DNA from: Deferribacterales bacterium
Lineage (GTDB): Bacteria > Chrysiogenota > Deferribacteres > Deferribacterales > Geovibrionaceae
Reading direction: 5' to 3'
DNA length: 27,800 nucleotides
NCBI GenBank assembly: GCA_050253335.1
Contig: JBFWJG010000037.1
Coordinates: 1 to 27,800 of the forward strand
Shown: in pieces, positions 10,140 through 18,503 of the stretch
Layout of the letters: each line of letters starts with the position of its first letter
Position numbering within the stretch: position 1 is the stretch's first letter
Notes under the pieces: generated by a model
What the model was told of the DNA's origin: nothing
Database searches by the model: none
Seen by the model: only the letters and a program-made list of their open reading frames with translations
Position numbers and translations under genes: made by a program

Positions 10140-10783
10140 TAAATATGATATTTCTCGGGCCTCCTGGAGCAGGTAAAGGAACTCAGTCTGCATACATCAT
10201 CCGTGATTACGGTCTGGTGCAGATCTCAACCGGTGACCTTCTCCGTCAGGCTGTAAAAGATCAGACACCCCTCGGCAAAGAGGCTAAAATGTATATGGAC
10301 GCAGGGCAGCTTGTTCCTGACGCTCTTATCATAGGCCTCATGAAGGACAGGCTCGCCTCTCCCGACTGCGCCAACGGCGTGATCTTTGACGGTTTCCCCA
10401 GAACCATAGCTCAGGCGGAAGCTCTTGACGCTATGCTTAAAAATGATCTCAAAACAGAGATCACCCATATCATCAGCCTTAATGTGGCGGATGAGCTTCT
10501 TGTGGAAAGAGCCGTGGGCAGAAGAAGCTGCCCGAAAGACGGCAAAGTCTACCACATCAAGTATAATCCTCCTAAAGTGGGCGGAGTGTGCGATCTTTGC
10601 GGAACTACACTCAGCCACAGGGACGATGACAGGGAAGACACGATTAAAAACCGCCTCAAGGTTTACCATGAAACCACTTCACTTCTTAAAGGATATTACG
10701 GCAGCTGCGGTAAATTCTCAGAAGTTAACGGTGAAGGGAATCCTGACGGCGTTTACGAAAAGATAAAAGGAATTCTCGGTTAA
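10136..10783 (+). CDS. adk: Adenylate kinase (long LID form)
   Basis: P-loop GPPGAGKGTQ, STGDLLR, DGFPRT, LID CPKD-x16-CDLC, RDDD. Confidence 0.99.
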   Translation: MINMIFLGPPGAGKGTQSAYIIRDYGLVQISTGDLLRQAVKDQTPLGKEAKMYMDAGQLVPDALIIGLMKDRLASPDCANGVIFDGFPRTIAQAEALDAMLKNDLKTEITHIISLNVADELLVERAVGRRSCPKDGKVYHIKYNPPKVGGVCDLCGTTLSHRDDDREDTIKNRLKVYHETTSLLKGYYGSCGKFSEVNGEGNPDGVYEKIKGILG

Positions 10784-11535
10784 TGGTTTTCCTTAAATCA
10801 CAGAGAGAGATAGAGCTTATGAGGATCCCCTGCGGAATCGTCTGGGAGGTTCTTGATAAGCTCTCCTCATTCATCAAGCCCGGTATCTCAACAAAAGATA
10901 TTGACAAGTTTGCTGAAAATATAATAAACTCTCGGTCTGCCTTTCCGTCCTTTAAGGGATATCACGGGTATCCGGCAAGTGTCTGCGCCTCGGTTAACGA
11001 GGTGGTAGTACACGGAATACCGTCAGACAGAATCCTGAAAGAGGGCGATATTATTACGGTAGATGTAGGCGCATTCAAAGAAGGTTTCCATGGTGACGCT
11101 GCGAGAACTTACCCTGTGGGTCAGATCTCCGAAGAAGCCGCAAGGCTTATCCGTGTCACTGAGGAATCTTTTTTTAATGGAATAGAATATGCACGGGTCG
11201 GAAACAGGCTTTCCGATATATCCAGCGCAGTTCAGCAGACCGTTGAAAAGAACGGTTTTGCTGTCGTTAGAGACTTTTTCGGTCACGGTATAGGGCGAAA
11301 CATGCATGAAGAGCCCACCATACCGAACTTCGGCCGCCCCGGAAGGGGCCTCAGGCTGAAGGAAGGTATGGTTTTAGCCGTTGAGCCGATGGTCACAGCC
11401 GGTTCTTATGAAACCAAAACCCTCTCTGATGGCTGGACAGCTGTCACCGCGGACAGCAGTTTGGCGGCACATTACGAAAACACCGTTGCTATAACGGAAA
11501 AGGGACCGGAGATTCTTACAATAGGGAGCGTATGA
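10783..11535 (+). CDS. map: Methionine aminopeptidase type I
   Basis: [44 protein letters not shown]. Confidence 0.99.
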   Translation: MVFLKSQREIELMRIPCGIVWEVLDKLSSFIKPGISTKDIDKFAENIINSRSAFPSFKGYHGYPASVCASVNEVVVHGIPSDRILKEGDIITVDVGAFKEGFHGDAARTYPVGQISEEAARLIRVTEESFFNGIEYARVGNRLSDISSAVQQTVEKNGFAVVRDFFGHGIGRNMHEEPTIPNFGRPGRGLRLKEGMVLAVEPMVTAGSYETKTLSDGWTAVTADSSLAAHYENTVAITEKGPEILTIGSV

Positions 11536-11756
11536 GCAAGAAGGACGATGTAATCGAGATTGTCGGTACAGTCGTTGAGGCGTTGCCCAATGCTATGTTC
11601 AAAGTTGAGCTGGAAAACAAGCATGTTATCCTTGCTCACCTTTCCGGAAAGATGAGGATGCATTTCATCCGAATTCTGCCCGGAGACAAAGTTACCGTAG
11701 AGTTATCCCCGTATGACCTTTCAAGGGGCAGGATAACCTATCGTCACAAGAAGTAA
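11532..11756 (+). CDS. infA: Translation initiation factor IF-1
   Basis: [42 protein letters not shown]. Confidence 0.99.
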   Translation: MSKKDDVIEIVGTVVEALPNAMFKVELENKHVILAHLSGKMRMHFIRILPGDKVTVELSPYDLSRGRITYRHKK

Positions 11757-11768
11757 CGGGGTGCAGAA

Positions 11769-11882
11769 ATGAAGGTCAGGGCAAGTGTTAAGCCTATTTG
11801 CAGTAAATGCAAAATTGTTAAAAGAAAAGGTGTCGTGAGGGTGATATGTGAAAACCCCAGACACAAACAGAGACAGGGTTAA
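11769..11882 (+). CDS. rpmJ: 50S ribosomal protein L36, zinc-binding form, 37 aa (absent from the ORF track)
   Basis: Hand translation: [37 protein letters not shown]. Confidence 0.98.
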   Translation: MKVRASVKPICSKCKIVKRKGVVRVICENPRHKQRQG

Positions 11883-11894
11883 GGAGGATTTCAA

Positions 11895-12263
11895 GTGGCA
11901 CGTATAGCTGGTGTTGATATTCCCAACAACAAAAAAGTTGAAATCGGACTTACCCACATCTACGGCGTTGGCCGTCAGGTGGCGTTGTCTATACTTAAAG
12001 AGACCAATATATCGCTTGAGAAAAGAATCGGTGACCTCACGGAAACCGAAATTTCAGAGATCAGGCTTTATATTGAAGCCAACCTTAAAGTTGAAGGTGA
12101 TCTCAGAAAAGATATCGCTCTTAACGTTAAAAGGCTCATGGAAATCAACTGTTACAGAGGACAGAGGCACAAAATGCATCTTCCCTGCCGCGGTCAGAAA
12201 ACCAGAAGCAATGCGAGAACCAGAAGAGGTCTTGCTGGCAAACGCGGTATCAAAAGGAAGTAG
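11895..12263 (+). CDS. rpsM: 30S ribosomal protein S13
   Basis: [38 protein letters not shown] after AAGGAGG. Confidence 0.99.
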   Translation: MARIAGVDIPNNKKVEIGLTHIYGVGRQVALSILKETNISLEKRIGDLTETEISEIRLYIEANLKVEGDLRKDIALNVKRLMEINCYRGQRHKMHLPCRGQKTRSNARTRRGLAGKRGIKRK

Positions 12264-12276
12264 AGGGTAGTTCGAA

Positions 12277-12666
12277 ATGGCAAAAGCTAAAAAAACAGCT
12301 AAAAAACGCGACAGGAAAAACGTCCCCAAAGGCGTCGCGCATATAAACTCAACCTTCAACAATACAATCGTTTCCTTTACCGATATGGGCGGTAATGTTA
12401 TCTGCTGGTCCGCCGGCGGTTGCAACGGTTTTAAAAACTCTAGGAAGTCCACTCCTTTCGCCGCTCAGCTTTCCGCTGAGGCTGCTGCTAAAAAAGCAAT
12501 GGAAAACGGCATGAGAGAAGTGGAAGTCAACGTAAAGGGGCCCGGTTCCGGTCGCGAAAGCGCAATCAGGGCAATCCAGGCTGCGGGAATCAAGATCACT
12601 CTCATCAGAGATGTGACCCCTGTTCCCCACAACGGCTGCAGACCCCGTAAAAAGAGAAGAGTATAA
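12277..12666 (+). CDS. rpsK: 30S ribosomal protein S11
   Basis: [40 protein letters not shown]. Confidence 0.99.
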   Translation: MAKAKKTAKKRDRKNVPKGVAHINSTFNNTIVSFTDMGGNVICWSAGGCNGFKNSRKSTPFAAQLSAEAAAKKAMENGMREVEVNVKGPGSGRESAIRAIQAAGIKITLIRDVTPVPHNGCRPRKKRRV

Positions 12667-12681
12667 GGTTGGAGGTTCAAA

Positions 12682-13308
12682 TTGGCTAGGTATACAGGCG
12701 CAGTTTGCAAGCTCTGCAGGCGTGAAGGTACAAAACTTTACCTCAAAGGCGAGCGTTGCTATAAAGATAAATGCGGTATTGAGAAAAAAGCGTACCCTCC
12801 CGGACAGCACGGTCAGCTCAGGAAAAAACTCAGCGACTACGGTATGCAGCTCAGGGAAAAACAGAAAGTTAAAAGACTTTACGGCATCCTTGAAGCACAG
12901 TTCCGTCTCTACTTTGAGAAAGCTGCCAGAATGCAGGGCATTACCGGTGAAAATCTTCTCTCTCTCCTTGAAAGAAGGCTGGACAACGTAGTTTACAGAG
13001 CAGGTTTCGCAGGAAGCCGCAAAGAAGCAAGACAGATGGTTCGCCACTCTCACTTCCTTGTAAACGGACGCAAGGTCAACATTCCCTCTTTCATAGTGAA
13101 GCCCGGTGAAGTTGTTGAAGTAAGAGAGAAATCAGGCGATCACGGCCGTGTCAAAGAGTGCCTTGAAACCGCTGAAGGAAGAGGTATCCCCGAGTGGCTT
13201 ACCCTTGACAAAGACGGGAAGAAAACTCAGGTCGTGAGAATCCCTGAGAGGACTGACATAAACTACGAGATTCATGAACACCTTATAGTGGAACTGTACT
13301 CTAAGTAG
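12682..13308 (+). CDS. rpsD: 30S ribosomal protein S4 (N-terminal Cys4 zinc site)
   Basis: TTG start after [44 protein letters not shown]. Confidence 0.99.
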   Translation: MARYTGAVCKLCRREGTKLYLKGERCYKDKCGIEKKAYPPGQHGQLRKKLSDYGMQLREKQKVKRLYGILEAQFRLYFEKAARMQGITGENLLSLLERRLDNVVYRAGFAGSRKEARQMVRHSHFLVNGRKVNIPSFIVKPGEVVEVREKSGDHGRVKECLETAEGRGIPEWLTLDKDGKKTQVVRIPERTDINYEIHEHLIVELYSK

Positions 13309-13340
13309 TAAGTAGCTTAATGTAACCGGAGGACATCCGT

Positions 13341-14345
13341 ATGATCATCATGAACTTTCATGAAATAATAAAGCCCAGGAAAATCGAGCCTGCAGGCGAA
13401 GTTACATCCAAATACGGAAAGTATGTAGCTGAACCCTATGAGAAAGGCTTCGGTATCACCGTGGGAAACGCTCTTCGCAGAGTGATGCTTTCCTCCATCG
13501 AAGGCACTGCAGTGGTGGGCGTTAAGATCGAGGGCGTTACCAACGAGTTCAGTACACTTCCGGGTGTTTACGAAGATATAGTTGACATAATTCTCAACCT
13601 TAAGGCGCTTGATCTCAAACTCGGCGTACATGAGCAGAGAAGGTTCTACATCAGGAAAAAAGGCGAAGGCCCCGTAAAAGCCGCTGATATCAGAGGCGAG
13701 GGACAGCTTGAAGTCCTTAATCCTGAGCAGATCATCTGCACCCTGACTGACAATGAAACAGAACTCTACATGGAGCTTCTGGTTCAGAGAGGTCTTGGCT
13801 ATGTGCCCGCTGAAGAATTTGAAAAAGATATTGACGAAGTGGACATGATTCCCGTTGATGCGATTTTCTCGCCTATCAAAAGGGTAAACTACTTTGTTGA
13901 AAACGCGCGCGTCGGACAGAGTACCGACTATGACAAGCTTATCATCGAAGTGGAGACAGACGGTTCCATCACTCCTGAGGACGCGATAGCTTTCGCTGCC
14001 AAAATAGTGAAGGATCATATGAACCTGTTCATCAACTTTGAAGAGCCCGAGGTTGAAGATTCCGATGTCGATGAATCCAACAAGAATGATCAGCTTTTTG
14101 ATCTTCTTGATAAGAGCATTGAAGAGCTTGAACTCTCCGTCAGGGCTTATAACTGCCTGAAGAATGCCAATATCAAAACACTGGCAGAACTTTGCAGAAA
14201 GACGGACGGTGAAATGCTCAAAACCAAAAACTTTGGCCGTAAATCCCTTGAGGAGATCAAAAAGGTTCTCCACGAACTCGGTCTCGGACTGGGGATGGAT
14301 CTTGAGGCTATAGGTTATGTGAATTCAGATTCGGAGGATGAATAG
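13341..14345 (+). CDS. rpoA: RNA polymerase alpha subunit
   Basis: [32 protein letters not shown], alpha-[25 protein letters not shown]. Confidence 0.99.
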   Translation: MIIMNFHEIIKPRKIEPAGEVTSKYGKYVAEPYEKGFGITVGNALRRVMLSSIEGTAVVGVKIEGVTNEFSTLPGVYEDIVDIILNLKALDLKLGVHEQRRFYIRKKGEGPVKAADIRGEGQLEVLNPEQIICTLTDNETELYMELLVQRGLGYVPAEEFEKDIDEVDMIPVDAIFSPIKRVNYFVENARVGQSTDYDKLIIEVETDGSITPEDAIAFAAKIVKDHMNLFINFEEPEVEDSDVDESNKNDQLFDLLDKSIEELELSVRAYNCLKNANIKTLAELCRKTDGEMLKTKNFGRKSLEEIKKVLHELGLGLGMDLEAIGYVNSDSEDE

Positions 14346-14702
14346 ATGCGTCATAGAAAAAGCGGCAAAAAACTCGGCAGGCCGACGGCGCACAGATTCT
14401 CTATGCTCAGAAGCATGGCAGGTTTCCTGATTGAGCACGGCAGAATCGAGACAACTGTAACCAGAGCAAAAGCTCTTCGTTCTTTTGTCGAGCCCCTGAT
14501 AACTTTCGGCAAGGCCGGAGATCTTTCAGCAAGAAGACTTGTTCTGAAAAGACTCCCCAACAAAAAGGTAGTTAACCTCCTTTTTGACGAAGTGGCGCCC
14601 AAGTTCAAAGAACGTCCCGGCGGCTACACAAGAATAGTCAAAACCGGCTATCGCAGAGGCGATCAGGCGGACATGGCGATTATCGAGCTTGTTAATGAGT
14701 AA
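14346..14702 (+). CDS. rplQ: 50S ribosomal protein L17
   Basis: MRHRKSGKKLGR, IETTVTRAK, RPGGYTRI, RRGD. Confidence 0.99.
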   Translation: MRHRKSGKKLGRPTAHRFSMLRSMAGFLIEHGRIETTVTRAKALRSFVEPLITFGKAGDLSARRLVLKRLPNKKVVNLLFDEVAPKFKERPGGYTRIVKTGYRRGDQADMAIIELVNE

Positions 14703-14711
14703 GATATATAG

Positions 14712-14741
14712 AAGGCGGTCTTTTCAGGCCGCCTTTTTTTT
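14712..14741 (+). terminator. Rho-independent terminator of the ribosomal superoperon
   Basis: AAGGCGGTCT-TTTC-AGGCCGCCTT stem running into a T tract, 9 nt after the rplQ stop. Confidence 0.92.
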
Positions 14742-14935
14742 CGCTTTTATTATATGTTTCTGAATATTTTTTCATCTTTTCTGTCTCATAAAATCAGTTG
14801 TCAAACTTATATTCTTTCTTCTCCTGCTCCCTGCGCCTCATTAACTTACGGCTTTTATTTTTTTATCTTTTAATGTTATACATCGGCACTGTTTTAGCTA
14901 ACCAAGATGGCTTAAATGCATGTCAAAAATAATAT

Positions 14936-14963
14936 TTGCTCTTTTATTCAAATGGCTTATACT
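14936..14963 (+). promoter_or_regulatory. Candidate sigma70 promoter for the aldolase gene
   Basis: TTGCTC-N16-TATACT in AT-rich intergenic DNA about 80 nt upstream of ATG 15046. Confidence 0.45.
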
Positions 14964-15045
14964 TCCCGTAACAGATATAAAACCGTTCTGTAAAGTGCAT
15001 ATGCTTTAAAAAAAGAACGGAATTCATTGAACGGCAGGTAAGTTA

Positions 15046-15627
15046 ATGGGAACAGCGGTGAAGGCCGAGATGTCGAAATTCGGCAGAAAGCTTGTTGATA
15101 ACGGACTCACAACTTCATTTTTCGGAAATATATCAGCTTATGAAAACGGCATTCTCTATGCAACTAAAACAGGCTCCATGCTGGACGAGCTTGAGGAAGA
15201 CAATATCGTGGAGGTGTTTCTTGACAAGGCCTGTCCGAATGACAGTTTCGCCACCACTGAGCTTTGCGTGCACAGAAAAATAATCTCAGCCACCGGAGCT
15301 AAAAGGGTAATGCACGCACACACTGTTTTTTCTATCCTTGCCGGCGATTTTTTCAAGGAGGCTGCCTGTTTCAGTGCGGCGGAGATACTCCCATTCCTTA
15401 AATACGTTCCTGTCGTGACAGGGAAAAGTGGAACAGAAGAGCTTGCTGAGAACGTTGCCGAGGGTCTTTCCATGAACAAGATAGTGATAGTGAAGGATCA
15501 CGGCGTGTTTGCGGTTGGCGATACCCTCAAGGAGTGTTATGTCTACATTTCCGGTCTTGAGTTTTATTCCAAAGCGCTTCTCATGAAGAAGCTTTTTACT
15601 AAGAACGGAATAATAGGCATTATCTGA
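15046..15627 (+). CDS. Class II aldolase/adducin family protein (FucA/MtnB fold)
   Basis: GNIS phosphate-binding motif, TKTG, catalytic Glu in TTE, metal His ligands in HAH and DHG. Confidence 0.88.
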   Translation: MGTAVKAEMSKFGRKLVDNGLTTSFFGNISAYENGILYATKTGSMLDELEEDNIVEVFLDKACPNDSFATTELCVHRKIISATGAKRVMHAHTVFSILAGDFFKEAACFSAAEILPFLKYVPVVTGKSGTEELAENVAEGLSMNKIVIVKDHGVFAVGDTLKECYVYISGLEFYSKALLMKKLFTKNGIIGII

Positions 15628-16366
15628 GATAGAAAAGGAGAAACAGGATGCCGAGCACAGTCAGTATATTTATGAGGACGTTCAGGAATTTATCCTTTTC
15701 GGCCTTATGTCTGAAAACCTCGTGCTCCTGTATGAGCCTGCCCTGATTTTTTATGGTTTCCTCAATCATGTAGCGTTCCCGCAGAAGCTCGCGGATAAAT
15801 TTGCTGATATCTATCTCATCAATTTTTGAGCGGTTCAGGTGTTCGTGGAGGTTCATGCAGAGCACCGCCTCCATGGTTCCTTCATAATCCGCCCCCTGAC
15901 TTCCCTTGAAATCAAAACCGAAGTTTGAGAAAAAGCGCACAGCTCTTTTTCTGTCATCTTCATCAGGAAGGAACGTGGATGAAATATTAATAACATCCAC
16001 CATGTAGTTAGGGTATTTCACTATCATCCAGCGGATAATTTCGTTCAATGCGAATGTGCCGACTCCCTTGTCGCGAATGCTGGAGCCTATCATCATCCTC
16101 GGACCTGCGGCTATGGTGACTGTTTCTCTGTTTGCGTCCGCTGTGGCGGTGAATCTGTTTGTTTTGTCGTCAAGAGGGGATGATTTTGAGGGGTCGTCAT
16201 CCGGAACTCCGCTGAGGAGTTCGTCTTTTATGATAGGTGTAACGTCCACGCTGATTGTCTCGGAGTAGCCGTGCTTTTTTGTACGCACATTCACCATGAC
16301 ATAGGCGAAAACACGGTCGCCCGTGCCTATCTTCTGCTTAACTCTTATGAGTTTGATATTGTTCAT
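15620..16366 (-). CDS. Hypothetical protein with GNAT-like motifs and a C-terminal membrane helix
   Basis: IRDKGVGTFALNEII resembles the acetyl-CoA motif A (R-x-x-G-x-G); AVRFFSNFGF resembles motif B; C-terminus FLNVLINILTVLGILFLLFYLR is hydrophobic. Confidence 0.6.
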   Translation of the reverse strand: MNNIKLIRVKQKIGTGDRVFAYVMVNVRTKKHGYSETISVDVTPIIKDELLSGVPDDDPSKSSPLDDKTNRFTATADANRETVTIAAGPRMMIGSSIRDKGVGTFALNEIIRWMIVKYPNYMVDVINISSTFLPDEDDRKRAVRFFSNFGFDFKGSQGADYEGTMEAVLCMNLHEHLNRSKIDEIDISKFIRELLRERYMIEETIKNQGRLIQEHEVFRHKAEKDKFLNVLINILTVLGILFLLFYLR

Positions 16367-16371
16367 CTTAC

Positions 16372-16947
16372 CTACTTGCTGAAAAGTCTCTTCAATCTTC
16401 CGACCAGAGAAGCGTCTTCAATAACCAGAGGAATAATATGGCTTCTCAGGGCTGCGTTTTTCCTTATGTTGGGAACAACAACAGAAACAGCATTAAGATA
16501 ATGCATATCAAGACTGCTGTCCAGCCTTTGAGTGCTTATTCCGTTTTCCATCAGTTTTGATATGAAGTTACGGATGATGGCGTTGAGCACGGTTATGTTT
16601 TTTGCATTTTTGGCAAGTATATCCTGAATACTTTGTTTTTTGGTGAGAAAATCTCTCATATTCTTGTCAGACAAGTGCTTTCTGGCAAATGACCTGTATT
16701 TGCGCAGACCGTGGCCGAGAACATGAACCATAAGCAGATTGAAGTAGTGAATGAAGAAAATGTATTTGTATTCCGCGACAGGGTCGGTCTGGAGCGAGCC
16801 TGAGCCCACGGAGGGTCTTTCAGGCAGAACCGACAGCACGTCCTCGTTGATCCATACCCACAGAAGCTTGGAAAAATCATCAAGCTCCATGAGAACGTCT
16901 CCGTCTAGAATATCAAAATTTTCGATTTCAAGGCTGGCTTTGTCCAT
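16372..16947 (-). CDS. Hypothetical protein, 191 aa
   Basis: Long ORF with GAGGT Shine-Dalgarno, 5 nt upstream of the GNAT-like gene; no family recognised. Confidence 0.7.
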   Translation of the reverse strand: MDKASLEIENFDILDGDVLMELDDFSKLLWVWINEDVLSVLPERPSVGSGSLQTDPVAEYKYIFFIHYFNLLMVHVLGHGLRKYRSFARKHLSDKNMRDFLTKKQSIQDILAKNAKNITVLNAIIRNFISKLMENGISTQRLDSSLDMHYLNAVSVVVPNIRKNAALRSHIIPLVIEDASLVGRLKRLFSK

Positions 16948-16966
16948 TAACTACCTCATATAAAAT

Positions 16967-16995
16967 TATATCCCCACGGAAAACGCGGGGATATA
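16967..16995 (-). promoter_or_regulatory. 12-bp leader hairpin upstream of the 16947 gene
   Basis: Minus strand TATATCCCCGCG-TTTTC-CGTGGGGATATA (one G-U pair), followed by ATTTTAT and then the SD. Confidence 0.55.
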
Positions 16996-17004
16996 GGAAA
17001 AACA

Positions 17005-17018
17005 ATTATACGTATAAT
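17005..17018. promoter_or_regulatory. Perfect 14-bp palindrome carrying TATAAT on both strands
   Basis: ATTATACGTATAAT lies between divergent genes. Confidence 0.5.
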
Positions 17019-17099
17019 AGCGGAGAATGGAAGAAAATTAAGACGCGTACTCATTTGTTTATAATAAATATTATTGCCTGATGGCTACTTAGGAAAATC

Positions 17100-17128
17100 T
17101 TGAATAGCCGCTTAAAGTCCTGTATAAA
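17100..17128 (+). promoter_or_regulatory. Candidate sigma70 promoter directly before the PilZ gene start
   Basis: TTGAAT-N17-TATAAA ending 6 nt before ATG 17135. Confidence 0.5.
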
Positions 17129-17134
17129 AAAGCT

Positions 17135-17815
17135 ATGGCCGAGATGATTGAAGATTTCGATAAGCTTTTTACTGTAAATACTAAAATAACGCTGGTGGTC
17201 ACAAGCGGTGACTACGCGGGAAATTATGATTCCAGAGTGGAGGATTTTGACCGTGACGGAAGCATCCTCGCAGCCATGCCCTCCAGCGGCGGCGTGCCGG
17301 TTCCTCTTATTCCGGGAACAAAAGCCGAAATAAGCTTTATGGGGCCGGACAGCAGATACAGGTTTGAAACCGGGGTTCTGGGCAGGGTGAAAAACGGCTC
17401 CATATATCTCCTTAAACTGCAGAGACCCGCAAAGCTTGAGCGCAACCAGCTCAGGGACTTTTTCAGAGTGTCCACCAGAATAAAAGGGAACATATCAATG
17501 TATCATCCGCTTGCACCGGGCGAAAAAACCAGTGTGGCGTATGACACCAGAGAGTGCATTGTTGTTGATCTCTCCGGCGGCGGGTGCAGGCTTATCTCAG
17601 AGGCGGAAACAGCCAGAGGACAGCATGTGGGCGTTGATTTGTCCGAAATCATAGGCAAAGGGGCTGTTATTCACGGCAGGGTGATACGCACTGTGCGCCT
17701 TGACGGGAAAAACCAGATAAGCGTTGAGTTTTCCTTTAAAAAGGAATCCGAACGGAATCCGCTTATTAAATATGTTTTTAAGCGTCAGATAGAGCTTAAA
17801 CAGATCAAGGGATAG
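17135..17815 (+). CDS. PilZ-domain c-di-GMP receptor, flagellar brake (YcgR/MotI-like) architecture
   Basis: N-terminal beta-rich domain (YDSRVED..YRFET), then the PilZ motifs RxxxR (RDFFR) and DxSxxG (DLSGGG), ending LIKYVFKRQ. Confidence 0.9.
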   Translation: MAEMIEDFDKLFTVNTKITLVVTSGDYAGNYDSRVEDFDRDGSILAAMPSSGGVPVPLIPGTKAEISFMGPDSRYRFETGVLGRVKNGSIYLLKLQRPAKLERNQLRDFFRVSTRIKGNISMYHPLAPGEKTSVAYDTRECIVVDLSGGGCRLISEAETARGQHVGVDLSEIIGKGAVIHGRVIRTVRLDGKNQISVEFSFKKESERNPLIKYVFKRQIELKQIKG

Positions 17816-18503
17816 ACTTTTTAAGCTCCGCGCTGAGTCTGCGTATCTGCTCCGCGCTGAGCGCTCTGGGACGCTTGAACATCACCTTTGGCGGACTGTC
17901 GAACAGCCGCATACGTATCCCCTCAAATTCATCCCTCAGACAGTTTTCAGCGTTTTCTACAGCTCTCAGCCTCTCTTTTGTGATTGTTCCGCTGATTCTG
18001 GTCGCAATGCAGGAATCATCGGGAAAAACAAAGCCGTCTTTTACGAGCGGTTCGATTGTTTTATATACAAATTCCTTGCCCAGTTCGTTATCCAGCAGGG
18101 GGGAGACTATGCCGTATTCCACCACTGCCGCCATGCCGGGGCGGTATTCTTTGGTATCTTCTGTATTTGTTCCGTCAAGGATGTGATCTATGCCTTTTTC
18201 TATAGCCGTTTCGGTGATGGATTTCAGTATCTCACGCTTGCAGACATAGCATCTGTTCGGCTTATTTTCCAGAAACTCCTCTGTGATATTGAGTTTTTTG
18301 GAGATCCACTGAACACCTAGGCGGGAGGCTGTTTTGCGGGCATTTTCAACCTGATACCAGAAAATATGCGGTGATTCCATGGTCACCGCGACGACATTCT
18401 CCGCGCCGATATGCTCCGCCGCCAGCATAAGCACCGCCGTGCTGTCCGCCCCGCCGCTGAAGGCGACTACTGCTTTGTCAAACTGCTTAAAATACCGATT
18501 CAA
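17805..18503 (-). CDS. larE: LarE-like PP-loop sulfur transferase
   Basis: VAFSGGADS, NRCYVCK, DGTNTEDTKEYRPG, SPLL, SCIATRI; start uncertain (TTG 18503 preferred, ATG 18536 possible), overlapping the mnmA 3' end. Confidence 0.75.
   Translation of the reverse strand: MNRYFKQFDKAVVAFSGGADSTAVLMLAAEHIGAENVVAVTMESPHIFWYQVENARKTASRLGVQWISKKLNITEEFLENKPNRCYVCKREILKSITETAIEKGIDHILDGTNTEDTKEYRPGMAAVVEYGIVSPLLDNELGKEFVYKTIEPLVKDGFVFPDDSCIATRISGTITKERLRAVENAENCLRDEFEGIRMRLFDSPPKVMFKRPRALSAEQIRRLSAELKKSIP

Noticed and set aside
401..14273. Long antisense ORFs (401-1135, 3548-4519, 5773-6606, 7740-8378, 8877-9587, 12349-13053, 13317-14273)
   Set aside because: They shadow highly conserved, codon-biased genes on the opposite strand and show no recognisable motifs
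14692..14845. Tiny minus-strand ORFs in the AT-rich gap after rplQ (e.g. MRRREQEKKEYKFDN)
   Set aside because: Very short, low complexity, no convincing SD, and one runs through the terminator
17020..17145. c-di-GMP riboswitch or sigma28 promoter upstream of the PilZ gene
   Set aside because: No c-di-GMP-I/II consensus is visible; TAAA and GCCGAGAT occur but at 9 or 21 nt spacing, not about 15
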